A program made the position numbers and the translations under genes. DNA of 64,000 nucleotides from assembly GCA_965217865.1 (NCBI GenBank), contig CBDCJO010000002.1, forward strand, positions 4,320,001 through 4,384,000. The letters are read 5' to 3'. Positions within the stretch are counted from its first letter, which is position 1. The number at the start of each line of letters is the position of its first letter. Below are positions 31,091-41,820 of the stretch, one piece after another. The notes under the pieces are model-generated. The model was not told where the DNA came from. It saw nothing but the letters and a program-made list of their open reading frames with translations, and did not search any database. The DNA is from Candidatus Latescibacterota bacterium. Its GTDB lineage: Bacteria; Latescibacterota; UBA2968; SICM01.

Positions 31091-31106
31091 TAGCGGAGTG
31101 AATCTA

Positions 31107-33299
31107 ATGGACTGGCTGATTAGAGCTATCTTAACCCTGACATTCATAGCAACTGCCGCCCTGGGCGGATATGTGATCGCGAAAGACCCGAAAAACAAAG
31201 CCAACCGTCTTCACGGTTTGTTTGTGCTGGCCGCTCTGGGTTGGATGTCTATCGGTCTGATCCACGCATGGGACCCCGATCACCATATCCATACCCCTCA
31301 CCTTGGTTCTGGGCTCGGGGGATTCTTCGCGACGTTCATCATTCCGATTATAGCCCACTTCGCCCTTCACTTTCCTCGTCCTCTGCGCCCTATAAGGCGG
31401 TGGCACCTCGGACTCATCTACCTACCCTCTACCTTCTTCGCAATATCCTGGGCCGCAGGATGGGAGGTAACCTACCATCTGTTGGAAGGTGGGGGCTATG
31501 AAGAAATCCAAACCCCTTTGTTTACCTTTTTTCTGATCTGGATCGTCCTGAACATCCCTGCTGTCGTAGCTATCCTGATCTGGAAGCATAAGCATTTGAC
31601 TTCAAAGCTCGAGAGACAGCAGGTGAAATATATCCTCGTTGGGTTTTCGTGCACGGCGATACTGTGCGTCCTATTTGCGGTCGTGTTGCCATATTTTCTG
31701 ATCCATGATGCTACATTCATTAGCCCGGTCTTCTTTTTGATATGGGTGGGATTTAGTGCCTATGCAATTGCCCGATTCCGCCTGTTCGAGTCTGCGGTCG
31801 CGCGCGTGCGGATGATTCCGGTGATAAATAAGGTGCGTATGTCCGCGGCCTTTATCATCAGTACGATTACTTTCTGTATAGAATTCCCTGTGATCTTTTA
31901 CCTGGTTCAATCCGGTACGCCCAGGCTCTGGTGGAAGATCTTACTGGTGATCCTGGGCGGCCGGGCGCTTCAGGGGATTCTTATGTCTCTGGTTCTACGC
32001 GGGATCATCGCCGCTCCCCTCCAACGGCTCACGGCTTCTTCCGCAAGGATCAGCGAGGGAAAGCTGGATGAGCGTGTGGATATCCATCCGCATGCACCCC
32101 CAATCCATTCACTGCGCCGGAAGGATGAGATGGATGTTCTGGCGGAGACTTTCAACCGGATGGCCGGTACCCTGGAACAGAACATCAAGGACCTTCAGGG
32201 ACTCAACAAAGAACTGTTCAAGGAAAAGCAGCTCAAGGAGAACGTGATCCACAGTATTACCCTGGGGATGGTGGTCCTGGATTTGGACAATCGGGTTCTG
32301 GAGTGTAACCGGACCTATGCAGAGTGGACAGGGATCGGTCAGGAGGAAGCCCAGGGGCGAAACCTCTTTGAACTTGAGCCGGACCTTTCGGACACAGAGG
32401 TCAGAGAGATGGTCGAGAATCTGGCCAGGACCGGCGATCCTGTTGTGAGTCAACGTTTTTCCTATAAACCCCCGGGAAAATCCGAGGCGTGTATCTCGAA
32501 CGTGAATGCCTTTCCACTTAAAGCCATAGACGGGAAGGTCTATGGGATCGTTATTATCATTGAGGACGTGACGGAACGGGTAAAGTTGGAACAGCAACTC
32601 GCCCAATCGGATAAGCTTGTCTCGGTGGGACAACTCGCGGCGGGAATTGCACACGAGGTGAACAACCCCCTGGGGTCCATCTCCTCGCTGGCTCAAATGC
32701 TCCTGGATATGAATGAGGACGAAGAAGCCCGGGAGACCCTTCAGACGATCGTTGGGCAGGTCAACCGAATCTCGGGGATCCTGGGGGATCTTGTGAACTT
32801 TTCCAGGCCCCGGCCCGCTGAGAAGGGATCGATGCAAGTGGCAGCGGTCGTCGATACGGTCTCCAGGCTCGCGTCCTTCAACAAAAAGTTTCGAAATATC
32901 GAGATTGTTAAAAAGATCGATCCATCGGTCCTTCAGATCACGGCCGATGGAAACCAGATCCAGCAGCTTATACTAAACCTGATCCTTAATGCAGCGGACG
33001 CGATGCCGGAGGGTGGGGAGATCACGATCTCGACCGAATCCATCCAGGAAAGTCAGGACGGCGCCGGCCTTCGCATAAAGGTCGCGGACACCGGACACGG
33101 GATATCGGAGGAAAGCCGTGGCCGCATCTTCGATCCGTTTTTCACTACAAAACCCGCTGGCCATGGCACGGGGTTGGGTCTTTCGGTCTGCTACGGAATC
33201 GTTCAGTCTCACGGCGGAAGGATCCAGGTGGAGAGCGAGGAAGGCCGGGGAACGACATTCGTCATCGATCTGCCGATGGAAATGAAAAATGCAAAATGA
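31107..33299 (+). CDS. Membrane sensor histidine kinase (7TM-type N-terminus, HAMP, PAS, HisKA, HATPase)
   Basis: [43 protein letters not shown] 8 nt before ATG 31107. Confidence 0.93.
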   Translation: MDWLIRAILTLTFIATAALGGYVIAKDPKNKANRLHGLFVLAALGWMSIGLIHAWDPDHHIHTPHLGSGLGGFFATFIIPIIAHFALHFPRPLRPIRRWHLGLIYLPSTFFAISWAAGWEVTYHLLEGGGYEEIQTPLFTFFLIWIVLNIPAVVAILIWKHKHLTSKLERQQVKYILVGFSCTAILCVLFAVVLPYFLIHDATFISPVFFLIWVGFSAYAIARFRLFESAVARVRMIPVINKVRMSAAFIISTITFCIEFPVIFYLVQSGTPRLWWKILLVILGGRALQGILMSLVLRGIIAAPLQRLTASSARISEGKLDERVDIHPHAPPIHSLRRKDEMDVLAETFNRMAGTLEQNIKDLQGLNKELFKEKQLKENVIHSITLGMVVLDLDNRVLECNRTYAEWTGIGQEEAQGRNLFELEPDLSDTEVREMVENLARTGDPVVSQRFSYKPPGKSEACISNVNAFPLKAIDGKVYGIVIIIEDVTERVKLEQQLAQSDKLVSVGQLAAGIAHEVNNPLGSISSLAQMLLDMNEDEEARETLQTIVGQVNRISGILGDLVNFSRPRPAEKGSMQVAAVVDTVSRLASFNKKFRNIEIVKKIDPSVLQITADGNQIQQLILNLILNAADAMPEGGEITISTESIQESQDGAGLRIKVADTGHGISEESRGRIFDPFFTTKPAGHGTGLGLSVCYGIVQSHGGRIQVESEEGRGTTFVIDLPMEMKNAK

Positions 33300-33312
33300 A
33301 ACGGGGTATTGA

Positions 33313-34479
33313 ATGGCGGGCGAGAAGATCCTGATCGTGGAAGATGAAGACCTGATGCGGTCCATCCTGGAGAAACTCCTCAAAAAAGAAGGGTACGTGG
33401 TATCAACGGCCGCGGACGGTGCGGATGGTCTTGAGATCTTCCGACGCGAGCATCCGGATCTCATCCTCACGGATGTCCAGATGCCGAACATGACCGGACT
33501 GGAGCTCCTGGATAAGGTTCGAAAGCAGGACAGGGACACCCTGGTCATCGTGCTTACGGCTTTTGGATCCATGGAGTCTGCGGTGGAGGCGATGCGAAAA
33601 GGGGCTCACGATTATATCACAAAACCGTTTATCAATGATGACATTCGCATGACGGTCAGCCGTGGCCTGGAGCTCAAGCGAACCCGCGAGGAATTGAAAG
33701 AAACACAGGAACTGGTGGTCCAATCGGAAAAAATGGCTGCCCTCGGGAAACTGGCGGCGGGGATCGTGCACGAGATAAATACCCCCATCGGCTCCATCCA
33801 GAGCAACATTCAATTGCTGGACCGTCTCCTGGAGCGCCTGAAAACCCCGTTAGCAGCCGATCATCCGCCTGGTGAAGGAAATGAAGGGAAGGCTTCTCTC
33901 CGTTTCATCGAGACTGCCGAGGGGCTGAACCGGACCAACCGGGAGGCCTGCAAGAGGATCATCGGCCTGGCGGAAAGCCTGCGAAGCCTTGCGCACCTGG
34001 ATCAGGGGAAGTTGAAACAGGCAGACCTTCACGAGGCGATCGACAGTGTTTTAAACCTTCTTCAGCATGAGCTGGACGATCGGGTTGCTGTGGTCAAAGC
34101 GTACGGAAAGATACCGAATATAGTATGCTACCCGGGTGAGCTTCACCAGATGTTCCTGCACCTGTTGCTCAACGCGATTCAGGCGGTCGACGGACCGGGT
34201 GAGATTGGGGTCAGGACGTTCCAGGTCGATGAGGCCGTCACCGCGGAGATCAGCGATACGGGAAGAGGTATTCCCGACGACATGATCGATCGGGTCTTCG
34301 ATCCAGGATTCACAACCCGGGGGGACAGAGTCCGTCTGGGCATGGGCCTGGGGATCTGTTCACGGATCGCCCACGAACATGGCGGAACCATCAAGATCAA
34401 CAGCCAGCCCGGCGAAGGTTCCAGGGTGACCGTTATTCTCCCGGTGGATGGACCGATGAAGCGGGGAAATGAAAAATGA
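33313..34479 (+). CDS. Hybrid response regulator receiver + histidine kinase
   Basis: ILIVEDE, TDVQMP, DYITKP, then VHEINTP, NAIQA, DTGRG, GMGLG. Confidence 0.92.
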   Translation: MAGEKILIVEDEDLMRSILEKLLKKEGYVVSTAADGADGLEIFRREHPDLILTDVQMPNMTGLELLDKVRKQDRDTLVIVLTAFGSMESAVEAMRKGAHDYITKPFINDDIRMTVSRGLELKRTREELKETQELVVQSEKMAALGKLAAGIVHEINTPIGSIQSNIQLLDRLLERLKTPLAADHPPGEGNEGKASLRFIETAEGLNRTNREACKRIIGLAESLRSLAHLDQGKLKQADLHEAIDSVLNLLQHELDDRVAVVKAYGKIPNIVCYPGELHQMFLHLLLNAIQAVDGPGEIGVRTFQVDEAVTAEISDTGRGIPDDMIDRVFDPGFTTRGDRVRLGMGLGICSRIAHEHGGTIKINSQPGEGSRVTVILPVDGPMKRGNEK

Positions 34480-34600
34480 AAATTGCAAATTGAGAAATAA
34501 TCGCACCAGGGGAAAACGGAGTGGGATCTGTGAGTGGTGAATGGCGGGGAGTTCCAGTACGCAAGTTTACAAGATACGTTTCACGAGCTGCGAGGGACTT

Positions 34601-35965
34601 ATGGCGGGTGAGAAGATTCTTATCGTTGAAGACGAAGACCTGATGAGAAATATTTTAACGAGCCTTCTCTCTCAAGAGGGTTATCAAACCTTTGTTGCAA
34701 AAGATGGGGAAGAAGCGCTGGGGATATTTCAGGAGGAGAGGCCCGATCTCATCCTGTCGGACGTCCGGATGCCGGGGATGGACGGGCTTGAACTCCTTCA
34801 GAGCGTTCGCCGGGTGGATCCCGAGGTCATCGTCATCATGATTACCGCCTTCGGGTCGGTGGAGTCTGCGGTGGAGGCGATGCGCAAAGGGGCTTACGAT
34901 TACATTACCAAGCCGTTTATTAATGAAGACATCAAGTTGACCGTTCGAAAAGCGCTGGATCAACTCGAATTGTCCAGGGAAAATCTGAATCTCAAGCAGG
35001 CCTTGAAGGACAAGTACCATTTTGACGGGATTATCGGAAAAAGCGAATCGATGCAGGCGGTGTTTGAATTGATGGAAAAGATCTCCCGGACCACTGCAAA
35101 CATCCTGATTACGGGTGATAGCGGGACGGGAAAGGAGCTCGTCGCCCAGGCGATCCATTATAACTCCGACCGGGGGGAGAGGCCTTTTCTCGTCGTCAAC
35201 TGTGGAGCCCTTGCGGAAAACCTGCTTGAAAGCGAGTTGTTCGGCCACGTAAAGGGAGCGTTCACCGGCGCAACGGGGTCTAAAATGGGCTACTTTCAAC
35301 GATCCGATGGGGGAACGCTCTTTTTAGACGAGATCGGTGAACTCTCCATGGACCTCCAGGTTAAGCTACTGAGGGCCATTCAAGAACGGGAGATCGTACC
35401 GGTCGGCAGCACCGATCCGATCAAGCTCGACGTGAGGATGATCTGCGCGACCAACAAAAATCTTGATAACGAGGTCGCAGAATTCCGATTCCGAGAGGAT
35501 CTTTATTACCGGATCAATGTTGTCCAGATCGAACTGCCGCCATTACGGGGCCGGAGGGAGGATATTCCCCTTCTCATCAGCCATTTCCTTCGAACACACG
35601 CAGAGAAAGCAGGAAAACCGGACACGAGGATTGCAGGGGATGCCGTGAAGTGTCTTATCAATTACGACTGGCCTGGGAATGTCCGGGAATTGGAGAACGT
35701 TGTTGAAAGGGGAGTGATTCTCGCAGAGGGTGGAACCATTACTTCTGATCATCTGCCAAAAAAGGTGAGGGGAACCGCTATCGGGATCGAGGATCTGGGA
35801 GGGGTGGAGATCACGATTGCTGAACTCGAAAAGAGACACGTTCTTAAAGTCCTGGAGAGGGTGGGGGGAGACAAGGGCCGGGCGTCCCGGATCCTCGGTA
35901 TCAATCTGGCAACGCTATATCGGAAATTGAACCGATATGCAGAGGCAAAACAGATTGAAGATTGA
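34601..35965 (+). CDS. Sigma54-dependent Fis-family response regulator (NtrC/AtoC/ZraR-like)
   Basis: REC domain, GDSGTGKE, ESELFGH, GAFTGA, FLDEIG, WPGNVREL, HTH TLYRKL. Confidence 0.95.
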   Translation: MAGEKILIVEDEDLMRNILTSLLSQEGYQTFVAKDGEEALGIFQEERPDLILSDVRMPGMDGLELLQSVRRVDPEVIVIMITAFGSVESAVEAMRKGAYDYITKPFINEDIKLTVRKALDQLELSRENLNLKQALKDKYHFDGIIGKSESMQAVFELMEKISRTTANILITGDSGTGKELVAQAIHYNSDRGERPFLVVNCGALAENLLESELFGHVKGAFTGATGSKMGYFQRSDGGTLFLDEIGELSMDLQVKLLRAIQEREIVPVGSTDPIKLDVRMICATNKNLDNEVAEFRFREDLYYRINVVQIELPPLRGRREDIPLLISHFLRTHAEKAGKPDTRIAGDAVKCLINYDWPGNVRELENVVERGVILAEGGTITSDHLPKKVRGTAIGIEDLGGVEITIAELEKRHVLKVLERVGGDKGRASRILGINLATLYRKLNRYAEAKQIED

Positions 35966-35990
35966 CGTCTAACATCAAAGGAGGAGAAAC

Positions 35991-36611
35991 TTGAAGGTAC
36001 TTATTTTTGGATCAACGGGCAGCATCGGTCGCGAGCTTGTCAAGCAAGCGCTTGACCAGGGACACACGGTCACGGCGTTTGCACGCGATCCCTCGAAGCT
36101 CGATATCCAGCACACCAACCTACAGGTCGTTCAGGGCGATGTAATGGATCTCGCATCGGTGGAGAAAGCGGTGCAAGACCAGGAGGCGGTGCTGTGTGCG
36201 CTCGGGGAAGGAAGGAAGGGTACGGTACGGTCAGGGGGGACGCGGAATATGATTCGCGCAATGGAGAAGGCGGGCGTCCGACGTTTTGACTCTCTGTCGA
36301 CACTCGGTGTCGGTGATAGCTGGGAGATGCTTCCTCTCAAATACAAAATCTTTTTCCGCACCCTACTACGAAAAGCTTTCGCAGATCACGTGGCTCAAGA
36401 AAATCTCATCAAACAGAGTCAGTTGGACTGGACTATCGTCCGTCCGGGCGCATACACAAACGGTGAGCGCACAGGTGAATACCGGCACGGCTTCCCGGTT
36501 GCCGATAAGACGATCAAAGCCAAAATCTCGCGCCCCGATGTCGCCGACTTCATGTTGATGCAACTGGCTGACAATACATACCTTCGGAAGACCCCTGGGG
36601 TGTCGTACTGA
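35991..36611 (+). CDS. NAD(P)-dependent SDR/flavin reductase-like (biliverdin reductase B-like) oxidoreductase
   Basis: IFGSTGSIG, VTAFARD, DWTIVRP, ISRPDVA; AGGAGG RBS. Confidence 0.9.
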   Translation: MKVLIFGSTGSIGRELVKQALDQGHTVTAFARDPSKLDIQHTNLQVVQGDVMDLASVEKAVQDQEAVLCALGEGRKGTVRSGGTRNMIRAMEKAGVRRFDSLSTLGVGDSWEMLPLKYKIFFRTLLRKAFADHVAQENLIKQSQLDWTIVRPGAYTNGERTGEYRHGFPVADKTIKAKISRPDVADFMLMQLADNTYLRKTPGVSY

Positions 36612-36702
36612 ATGAAATGCTTCAACACGCTACGACGCAGTCCGACAAGTTGTGGCAGCTAACCCCAGCGGTGCGTCCCGCGCTCAAGAGATTGGAGGAA
36701 TC

Positions 36703-37197
36703 ATGGGAATCTTTCAGATTATATTGATCTTGGCTACATTTCTTTGTTCCCTGGTGGCAGGCTTCCTGTTTGCTTTTGCCGTAGTGGCGATGCCGGGCAT
36801 AGGAAGCTTAAATGACCGGGAGTTTATCCAAGCTTTTCAGGTGATGGATCGCGTTATCCAGAATAATCAACCGATATTTCTGTTCGTCTGGGTCGGTTCA
36901 GTTGTGGCTTTGATTGCTTCGGTTGTGCTTGGCATCGGGCAATTGGATGGAGCTGGGCGTCTGCTCATATTCTTCGCCGCACTCGCCTATCTTCTCGGCG
37001 TCCAATTGCCGACCGTCACTATTAATATACCGCTGAATAACGAACTACAAACTCTGGATGTCGACGCTATGAATGAAACAACTCAAAAAGCAGCTCGTCA
37101 TGACTTCGAACCGCGTTGGAACCGATGGAACTCGATCAGGGCGGCCTTTGCCACCCTGTCATCTGCCCTGTTAATAATTCTACTATTCAGACTTTGA
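36703..37197 (+). CDS. DUF1772 (anthrone oxygenase-like) membrane protein
   Basis: LVAGFLFAFAVVAMPG, FQVMD, INIPLNN, FEPRWNRWN.IR. Confidence 0.85.
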   Translation: MGIFQIILILATFLCSLVAGFLFAFAVVAMPGIGSLNDREFIQAFQVMDRVIQNNQPIFLFVWVGSVVALIASVVLGIGQLDGAGRLLIFFAALAYLLGVQLPTVTINIPLNNELQTLDVDAMNETTQKAARHDFEPRWNRWNSIRAAFATLSSALLIILLFRL

Positions 37198-37285
37198 AAG
37201 GCGTGGCAGTGGATCGCAATAAGCCTAACTAGGTGCTCTTTTTATTACGGTCAATTTCTACCTAACAAATAAGGAGACATATGAG

Positions 37286-37492
37286 ATGGAAAAATATCCG
37301 GTATCTTTAAGTATCGATTACTCAGACAAGTCTAATAGGGTAACAGTATTATTCAGGTTATTTCTTGCCATTCCAATTTTAATTATACTGGATCTACTAA
37401 CATCTTCTAGCTATGAAAACGAACAAGCAGCTAACGCTTACGCATTATTATTGACAACAGATGAATTTCCCCCATTTAGGCTCAGCGAATAA
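37286..37492 (+). pseudogene. DUF4389 protein remnant with large in-frame internal deletion
   Basis: N-terminal YPVSLSIDY..NRVTVLFRLFLAIP is joined directly to C-terminal AYALLLTTDEFPPFRL; only 68 aa. Confidence 0.7.
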
Positions 37493-37711
37493 TAAATGTA
37501 CGTCTGAAGTGAATAACAAAAATAAGGGGCTGACCAAAAACGAATGGTACAATGTTGCAAACTAAGGATTTGAAGAGAGAACTCGAAACCACTACGAATC
37601 AGGAAGAATCGCTTTGATTATAGATTGTCTATCATCGACCACGGCGAAACTCTTGAACAAACCTCGGTTCCCGATTGTCGATAGGATGCATGTGGGTTCA
37701 GGAGGTGCCGG

Positions 37712-40700
37712 ATGAAACGCGCTGTGGCCTGGTTTGCGGAGAACAGCGTCGCGGCCAACCTCCTGATGATCCTCATCCTGGCGGGTGGTCTACTGATGGT
37801 CCCGAGTCTCAAGATGGAACTGTTTCCCGAGCTCTCTGCGGACCTCATCACCATCTCCGTAGTCTATCCCGGAGCGGCTCCGGAGGAGGTCGAAGAGGCG
37901 GTCTGCGTGAGAATCGAGGAGGAGATCCAGGGTCTCGAGGGGATCAAGCGCGTAAAATCCACGGCCTCGGAAAACGTGGGGGCCATCATGGTCGAGCTCC
38001 TCACCGGGATGGACACCCGGAAACTTTTAGACGATATAAAGTCTCGCATCGATGCCATCGATACCTTCCCGGATGAGGTCGAAAAGCCGGTTGTCCAGGA
38101 ACTGGTCTTCCGTCGCCAGGTTATCAACGTAGCTGTATCCGGCGAGGCGGGTGAGGCCACACTAAAAGTTTTGGGGGAACAGGTGCGGGACGAGATCGCG
38201 GCCCTCCCCGGGATTACCCAGGTTGAGCTGGCCAACGCCCGTCCATACGAGATTTCCGTCGAGGTCTCGGAGGAGGCCTTGAGGCGGTACGGCCTCACTT
38301 TCGAAGAGGTTTCCCGGGCGGTGCGCCTCTCCTCCCTGGACCTTCCCGGCGGGTCGATCAGGACGGAGGGGGGCGAGATCCTCTTGCGCACCAAGGGGCA
38401 GGCCTATCGAGGACCAGACTTCGAAGGTCTGGCCCTGCGCACCCGCCCGGACGGGACCCATCTGAGGCTGGGTGATGTGGCGACGGTGGTAGACGGTTTC
38501 GCGGAGACGGATCAGGTCGCACGGTTCGACGGCAGGCCATCGGTCCTGATCCAGGTTTTCCAGGTGGGGGACCAGAACGCACTTGAGATCGCCGAACACG
38601 TCAAGGCCTACATCCCCGACGCCCAGATGCGGATGCCGGAAGGGATCAAGCTCACCGTATGGGCGGATTTCTCAAGGATCCTCAGTGGCCGACTCGACCT
38701 CATGCTCAGAAACGGTCGAACGGGTTTTATCCTGGTCTTTATCGCCCTGACCCTGTTTTTACGTCTGCGTCTGGCCTTCTGGGTCGCCCTGGGGATCCCG
38801 ATCTCTTTCCTCGGGGCCATATGGTTGATGCCCGGTATGGATGCCTCGATCAATCTGATTTCACTATTCGGTTTCATCGTGGTCCTGGGGATCGTCGTTG
38901 ACGACGCGATCATCGTGGGTGAAAATATCTACAGGCACTTTCAGCAGGGAAAGAGAGGTCTGCTTGCCGCAATCGCAGGAGCGCATGAAGTGACCGTACC
39001 CGTGATATTTGCGGTCCTGACTTCGATAGCCGCGTTCAGTCCGCTCCTGACAATCCCCGGGACGATGGGGAAGTTCATGAAGATTATTCCACAAATCGTC
39101 ATCGCCACTCTGATCTTTTCCCTCGTCGAATCGTTGCTGATCCTGCCCGCCCATCTCGCACACTCCAGGATGAACGGGGAAAAGACCTCTTCAAGGGGTA
39201 TCGGAGCCCAGTGGAACCGCTTCCAGGACTGGTTCTCTGAAGGACTGAAACGTTTTACGGTTCAGATCTACCGCCCGTTCCTGGAATTAGCCCTCCGGTG
39301 GCGTTACCTCACCGTTGCGATCGGCGTCTCGATCCTCCTTTTCACGGTGGGCTTGATCGGGGGGGGCCGGATTAAATTTCTCTATTTTCCGGACGTCGAT
39401 GCGGACAATGTCGTGGCCCTTTTGACGATGCCGCAGGGTACCCCCGCCGATGTCACCGCTCAGGCCGTACGTCGCCTGGAGGAGTCGGTTGTGAGACTCC
39501 GGGAAGAAATTGACGGTGGAGAAAGGGAGAAGGTATTCCGCCACGTCCTGACATCGGTCGGGGAGCAGCCTTTCCGCACCGCTCAGAACCAGAATAGCGG
39601 AAGGATCGCAGCATTTGTGGGGGCACATCTGGGGGAAGTCAATGTCGAGCTGGTCCCCTCAGAGGCGAGGGAAATCGGCAGCACGGAGATTGGCCGGCGG
39701 TGGCGTGAAATGACAGGTCCAATTCCTGAAGTCGCGGAGCTGACTTTCACGGCCTCGCTCCACCCCACGGGCGAAGCCGTGAATATCCAGCTTTCCGGCC
39801 CGGATTACCAGGAATTACGGCAGGTTGTGGACAAGCTGAAGGCCCGGCTGGGAGAATACCCGGGGGTCATCGACATCGCCGACTCCTTCAGGTCGGGCAA
39901 ACAGGAGGTCAAGCTTTCCCTTTCCCGTGGGGCCGAGATGCTGGGGCTAACGCTCTCCGACCTCGCCAGGCAAGTCAGACAGGCCTTTTACGGCGAGGAA
40001 GCTCAGCGCATTCAGAGGGGCCGGGATGATATCAAGGTGATGGTCAGATATCCGCCGGAGGAGCGGGCGTCCCTGGGAAATCTTGAAGAGATGCGTGTTC
40101 GAACACCTGACGGAGGAGAGATTCCTTTCTCCGTTGCCGCGAAGGCTGAGCTTGGACGCGGGTATGCGTCGATTCAACGGGCTGATCGAAGACGGATTAT
40201 CAACGTCACGGCCGATGTGGATAAGAGCCGGACCAACGCCAACGCCAACGCCGTGATAAATGAAATTACCGCTTCGCATCTTCCGGAGATCCTGGCGGAC
40301 CATCCCCGGGTCAGCTACTCCCTGGAAGGCGAGCAGCGTGAACAGCAGGAAACCCTGGGGGAGCTTTATAAGAGTTTTGGTCTCGCTCTGTTGATGATCT
40401 ATGCGTTGCTGGCAGTCCCGTTCCGGTCCTATCTCCAACCGGCCATTGTCATGTCCGCCATCCCCTTCGGGTTGGTCGGGGCCGTCTGGGGACACATCAT
40501 CATGGGGATGGATCTCACCATTCTCTCCATGTTCGGGCTGGTTGCGCTCACGGGCGTTGTGGTCAACGATAGCCTTGTGATGGTCGATTTTATTAACCGA
40601 AACCGCGCCCAGGGCAATCCGATACACGAGGCCATACGAGAAGCCGGTGTCGTCCGGTTTCGGCCTATTCTGTTGACGTCTTTAACCACCTTCGCCAGCC

Positions 40701-40903
40701 TTACCCCTCTCATGCTGGAGAAGAGCCTCCAGGCACAGTTTCTCATCCCCATGGCGGTTTCCCTGGGCTTCGGGGTACTCTTCTCCACGTTTATCACCCT
40801 GTTTCTTATTCCGGTGGGTTATATTATCCTTGAAGATGCAAAGGGCCTCGGGGCAAAGTTGATCGGGAGGGAAAACGTGGAGCCCCTGGATCGGGCAGCG
40901 TGA
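37712..40903 (+). CDS. RND efflux transporter permease (AcrB/AcrD/AcrF family)
   Basis: YPGAAPEEVE, GIVVDDAIIVGEN, GVVVNDS, RFRPILLTSLTT; 1063 aa. Confidence 0.96.
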   Translation: MKRAVAWFAENSVAANLLMILILAGGLLMVPSLKMELFPELSADLITISVVYPGAAPEEVEEAVCVRIEEEIQGLEGIKRVKSTASENVGAIMVELLTGMDTRKLLDDIKSRIDAIDTFPDEVEKPVVQELVFRRQVINVAVSGEAGEATLKVLGEQVRDEIAALPGITQVELANARPYEISVEVSEEALRRYGLTFEEVSRAVRLSSLDLPGGSIRTEGGEILLRTKGQAYRGPDFEGLALRTRPDGTHLRLGDVATVVDGFAETDQVARFDGRPSVLIQVFQVGDQNALEIAEHVKAYIPDAQMRMPEGIKLTVWADFSRILSGRLDLMLRNGRTGFILVFIALTLFLRLRLAFWVALGIPISFLGAIWLMPGMDASINLISLFGFIVVLGIVVDDAIIVGENIYRHFQQGKRGLLAAIAGAHEVTVPVIFAVLTSIAAFSPLLTIPGTMGKFMKIIPQIVIATLIFSLVESLLILPAHLAHSRMNGEKTSSRGIGAQWNRFQDWFSEGLKRFTVQIYRPFLELALRWRYLTVAIGVSILLFTVGLIGGGRIKFLYFPDVDADNVVALLTMPQGTPADVTAQAVRRLEESVVRLREEIDGGEREKVFRHVLTSVGEQPFRTAQNQNSGRIAAFVGAHLGEVNVELVPSEAREIGSTEIGRRWREMTGPIPEVAELTFTASLHPTGEAVNIQLSGPDYQELRQVVDKLKARLGEYPGVIDIADSFRSGKQEVKLSLSRGAEMLGLTLSDLARQVRQAFYGEEAQRIQRGRDDIKVMVRYPPEERASLGNLEEMRVRTPDGGEIPFSVAAKAELGRGYASIQRADRRRIINVTADVDKSRTNANANAVINEITASHLPEILADHPRVSYSLEGEQREQQETLGELYKSFGLALLMIYALLAVPFRSYLQPAIVMSAIPFGLVGAVWGHIIMGMDLTILSMFGLVALTGVVVNDSLVMVDFINRNRAQGNPIHEAIREAGVVRFRPILLTSLTTFASLTPLMLEKSLQAQFLIPMAVSLGFGVLFSTFITLFLIPVGYIILEDAKGLGAKLIGRENVEPLDRAA

Positions 40904-40919
40904 AGATCAGGGATCAAGG

Positions 40920-41110
40920 GAAATTGACGATTGAAGATTGGAAAAAGGCAGTAGCAGATGGCAGTGGCAGGAAAATCAAAGGTGGGCCAAAGGAAATTGA
41001 AGATTGAAGATCGAATATTCAAGAATATTGAAGCGAGATCAATAAGACGACAAGAAAGTCATGGGTTTTTCAATATTAAATTTTCCGATATTCAATATTA
41101 TATTCAATGA
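40920..41110. repeat. 7-bp-period tract with inverted counterpart
   Basis: ATTGAAG ATTGAAG ATCGAAT ATTCAAG AATATTGAA opposite TTCAATATT...TATTCAATATTATATTCAAT. Confidence 0.6.
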
Positions 41111-41117
41111 AGGTTTT

Positions 41118-41726
41118 ATGTCCATCCGTACGACAGATGAAATCTGGGAAGCGTTCAGCCAGGGTCTGAAGGGCTTTATCGCGAATCGGATTTCGAATTC
41201 CGATAACGCTGAGGACATTTTACAAGATGTCTTCTTGAAGATCCATAACCATATTCAAGACCTCAAACAGGGGGACAGATTGGAGTCCTGGATCTATCAG
41301 ATCACACGGAATGCGGTAACGGATTATTATCGACGGAAGCATAGAGTCGCTGATTCCAACGTTGAGGTGCTCACCGAGTCGGGATTTACGGGAGGTTCAG
41401 AGTCCCCTCAGTCGGACGGAATTCTCGAATGTCTTAAGCCTATGGTGCTTCAGATGTCGGAGAAATACAGGGAGGCCATTCTGTTGACGGAGTATGATTC
41501 GCTCCCTCAGAATGTCCTTGCAGAAAGGCTGGGGATATCCCTATCCGGAGCCAAGACGAGGGTGCAAAGGGGCAGAAAAATATTGAAGGATATGCTATTA
41601 CGCTGTTGTCACTTCGAATTCGACCGCCTGGGAAATATTCTGGATTACCAGGTAAAAGACGAAGGTTGTGGATTTTGTTCCGCGGATCCGGATAGAACGT
41701 CGACCATCAACTCGATCCCCGAGTAA
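41118..41726 (+). CDS. sigZ: ECF RNA polymerase sigma factor, SigZ-like
   Basis: AEDILQDVFLK, SWIYQITRN, SLSGAKTRVQRGR, CCHFEFDR.G. Confidence 0.85.
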   Translation: MSIRTTDEIWEAFSQGLKGFIANRISNSDNAEDILQDVFLKIHNHIQDLKQGDRLESWIYQITRNAVTDYYRRKHRVADSNVEVLTESGFTGGSESPQSDGILECLKPMVLQMSEKYREAILLTEYDSLPQNVLAERLGISLSGAKTRVQRGRKILKDMLLRCCHFEFDRLGNILDYQVKDEGCGFCSADPDRTSTINSIPE

Positions 41727-41820
41727 AACGAATGGAATCCTAAGAAGAGTTACGAGCTACGGCTCTTCTGTGCTTCACACTTCACGAGATACGCTTCACA
41801 GATTCTTTAAGGAGGGATTC

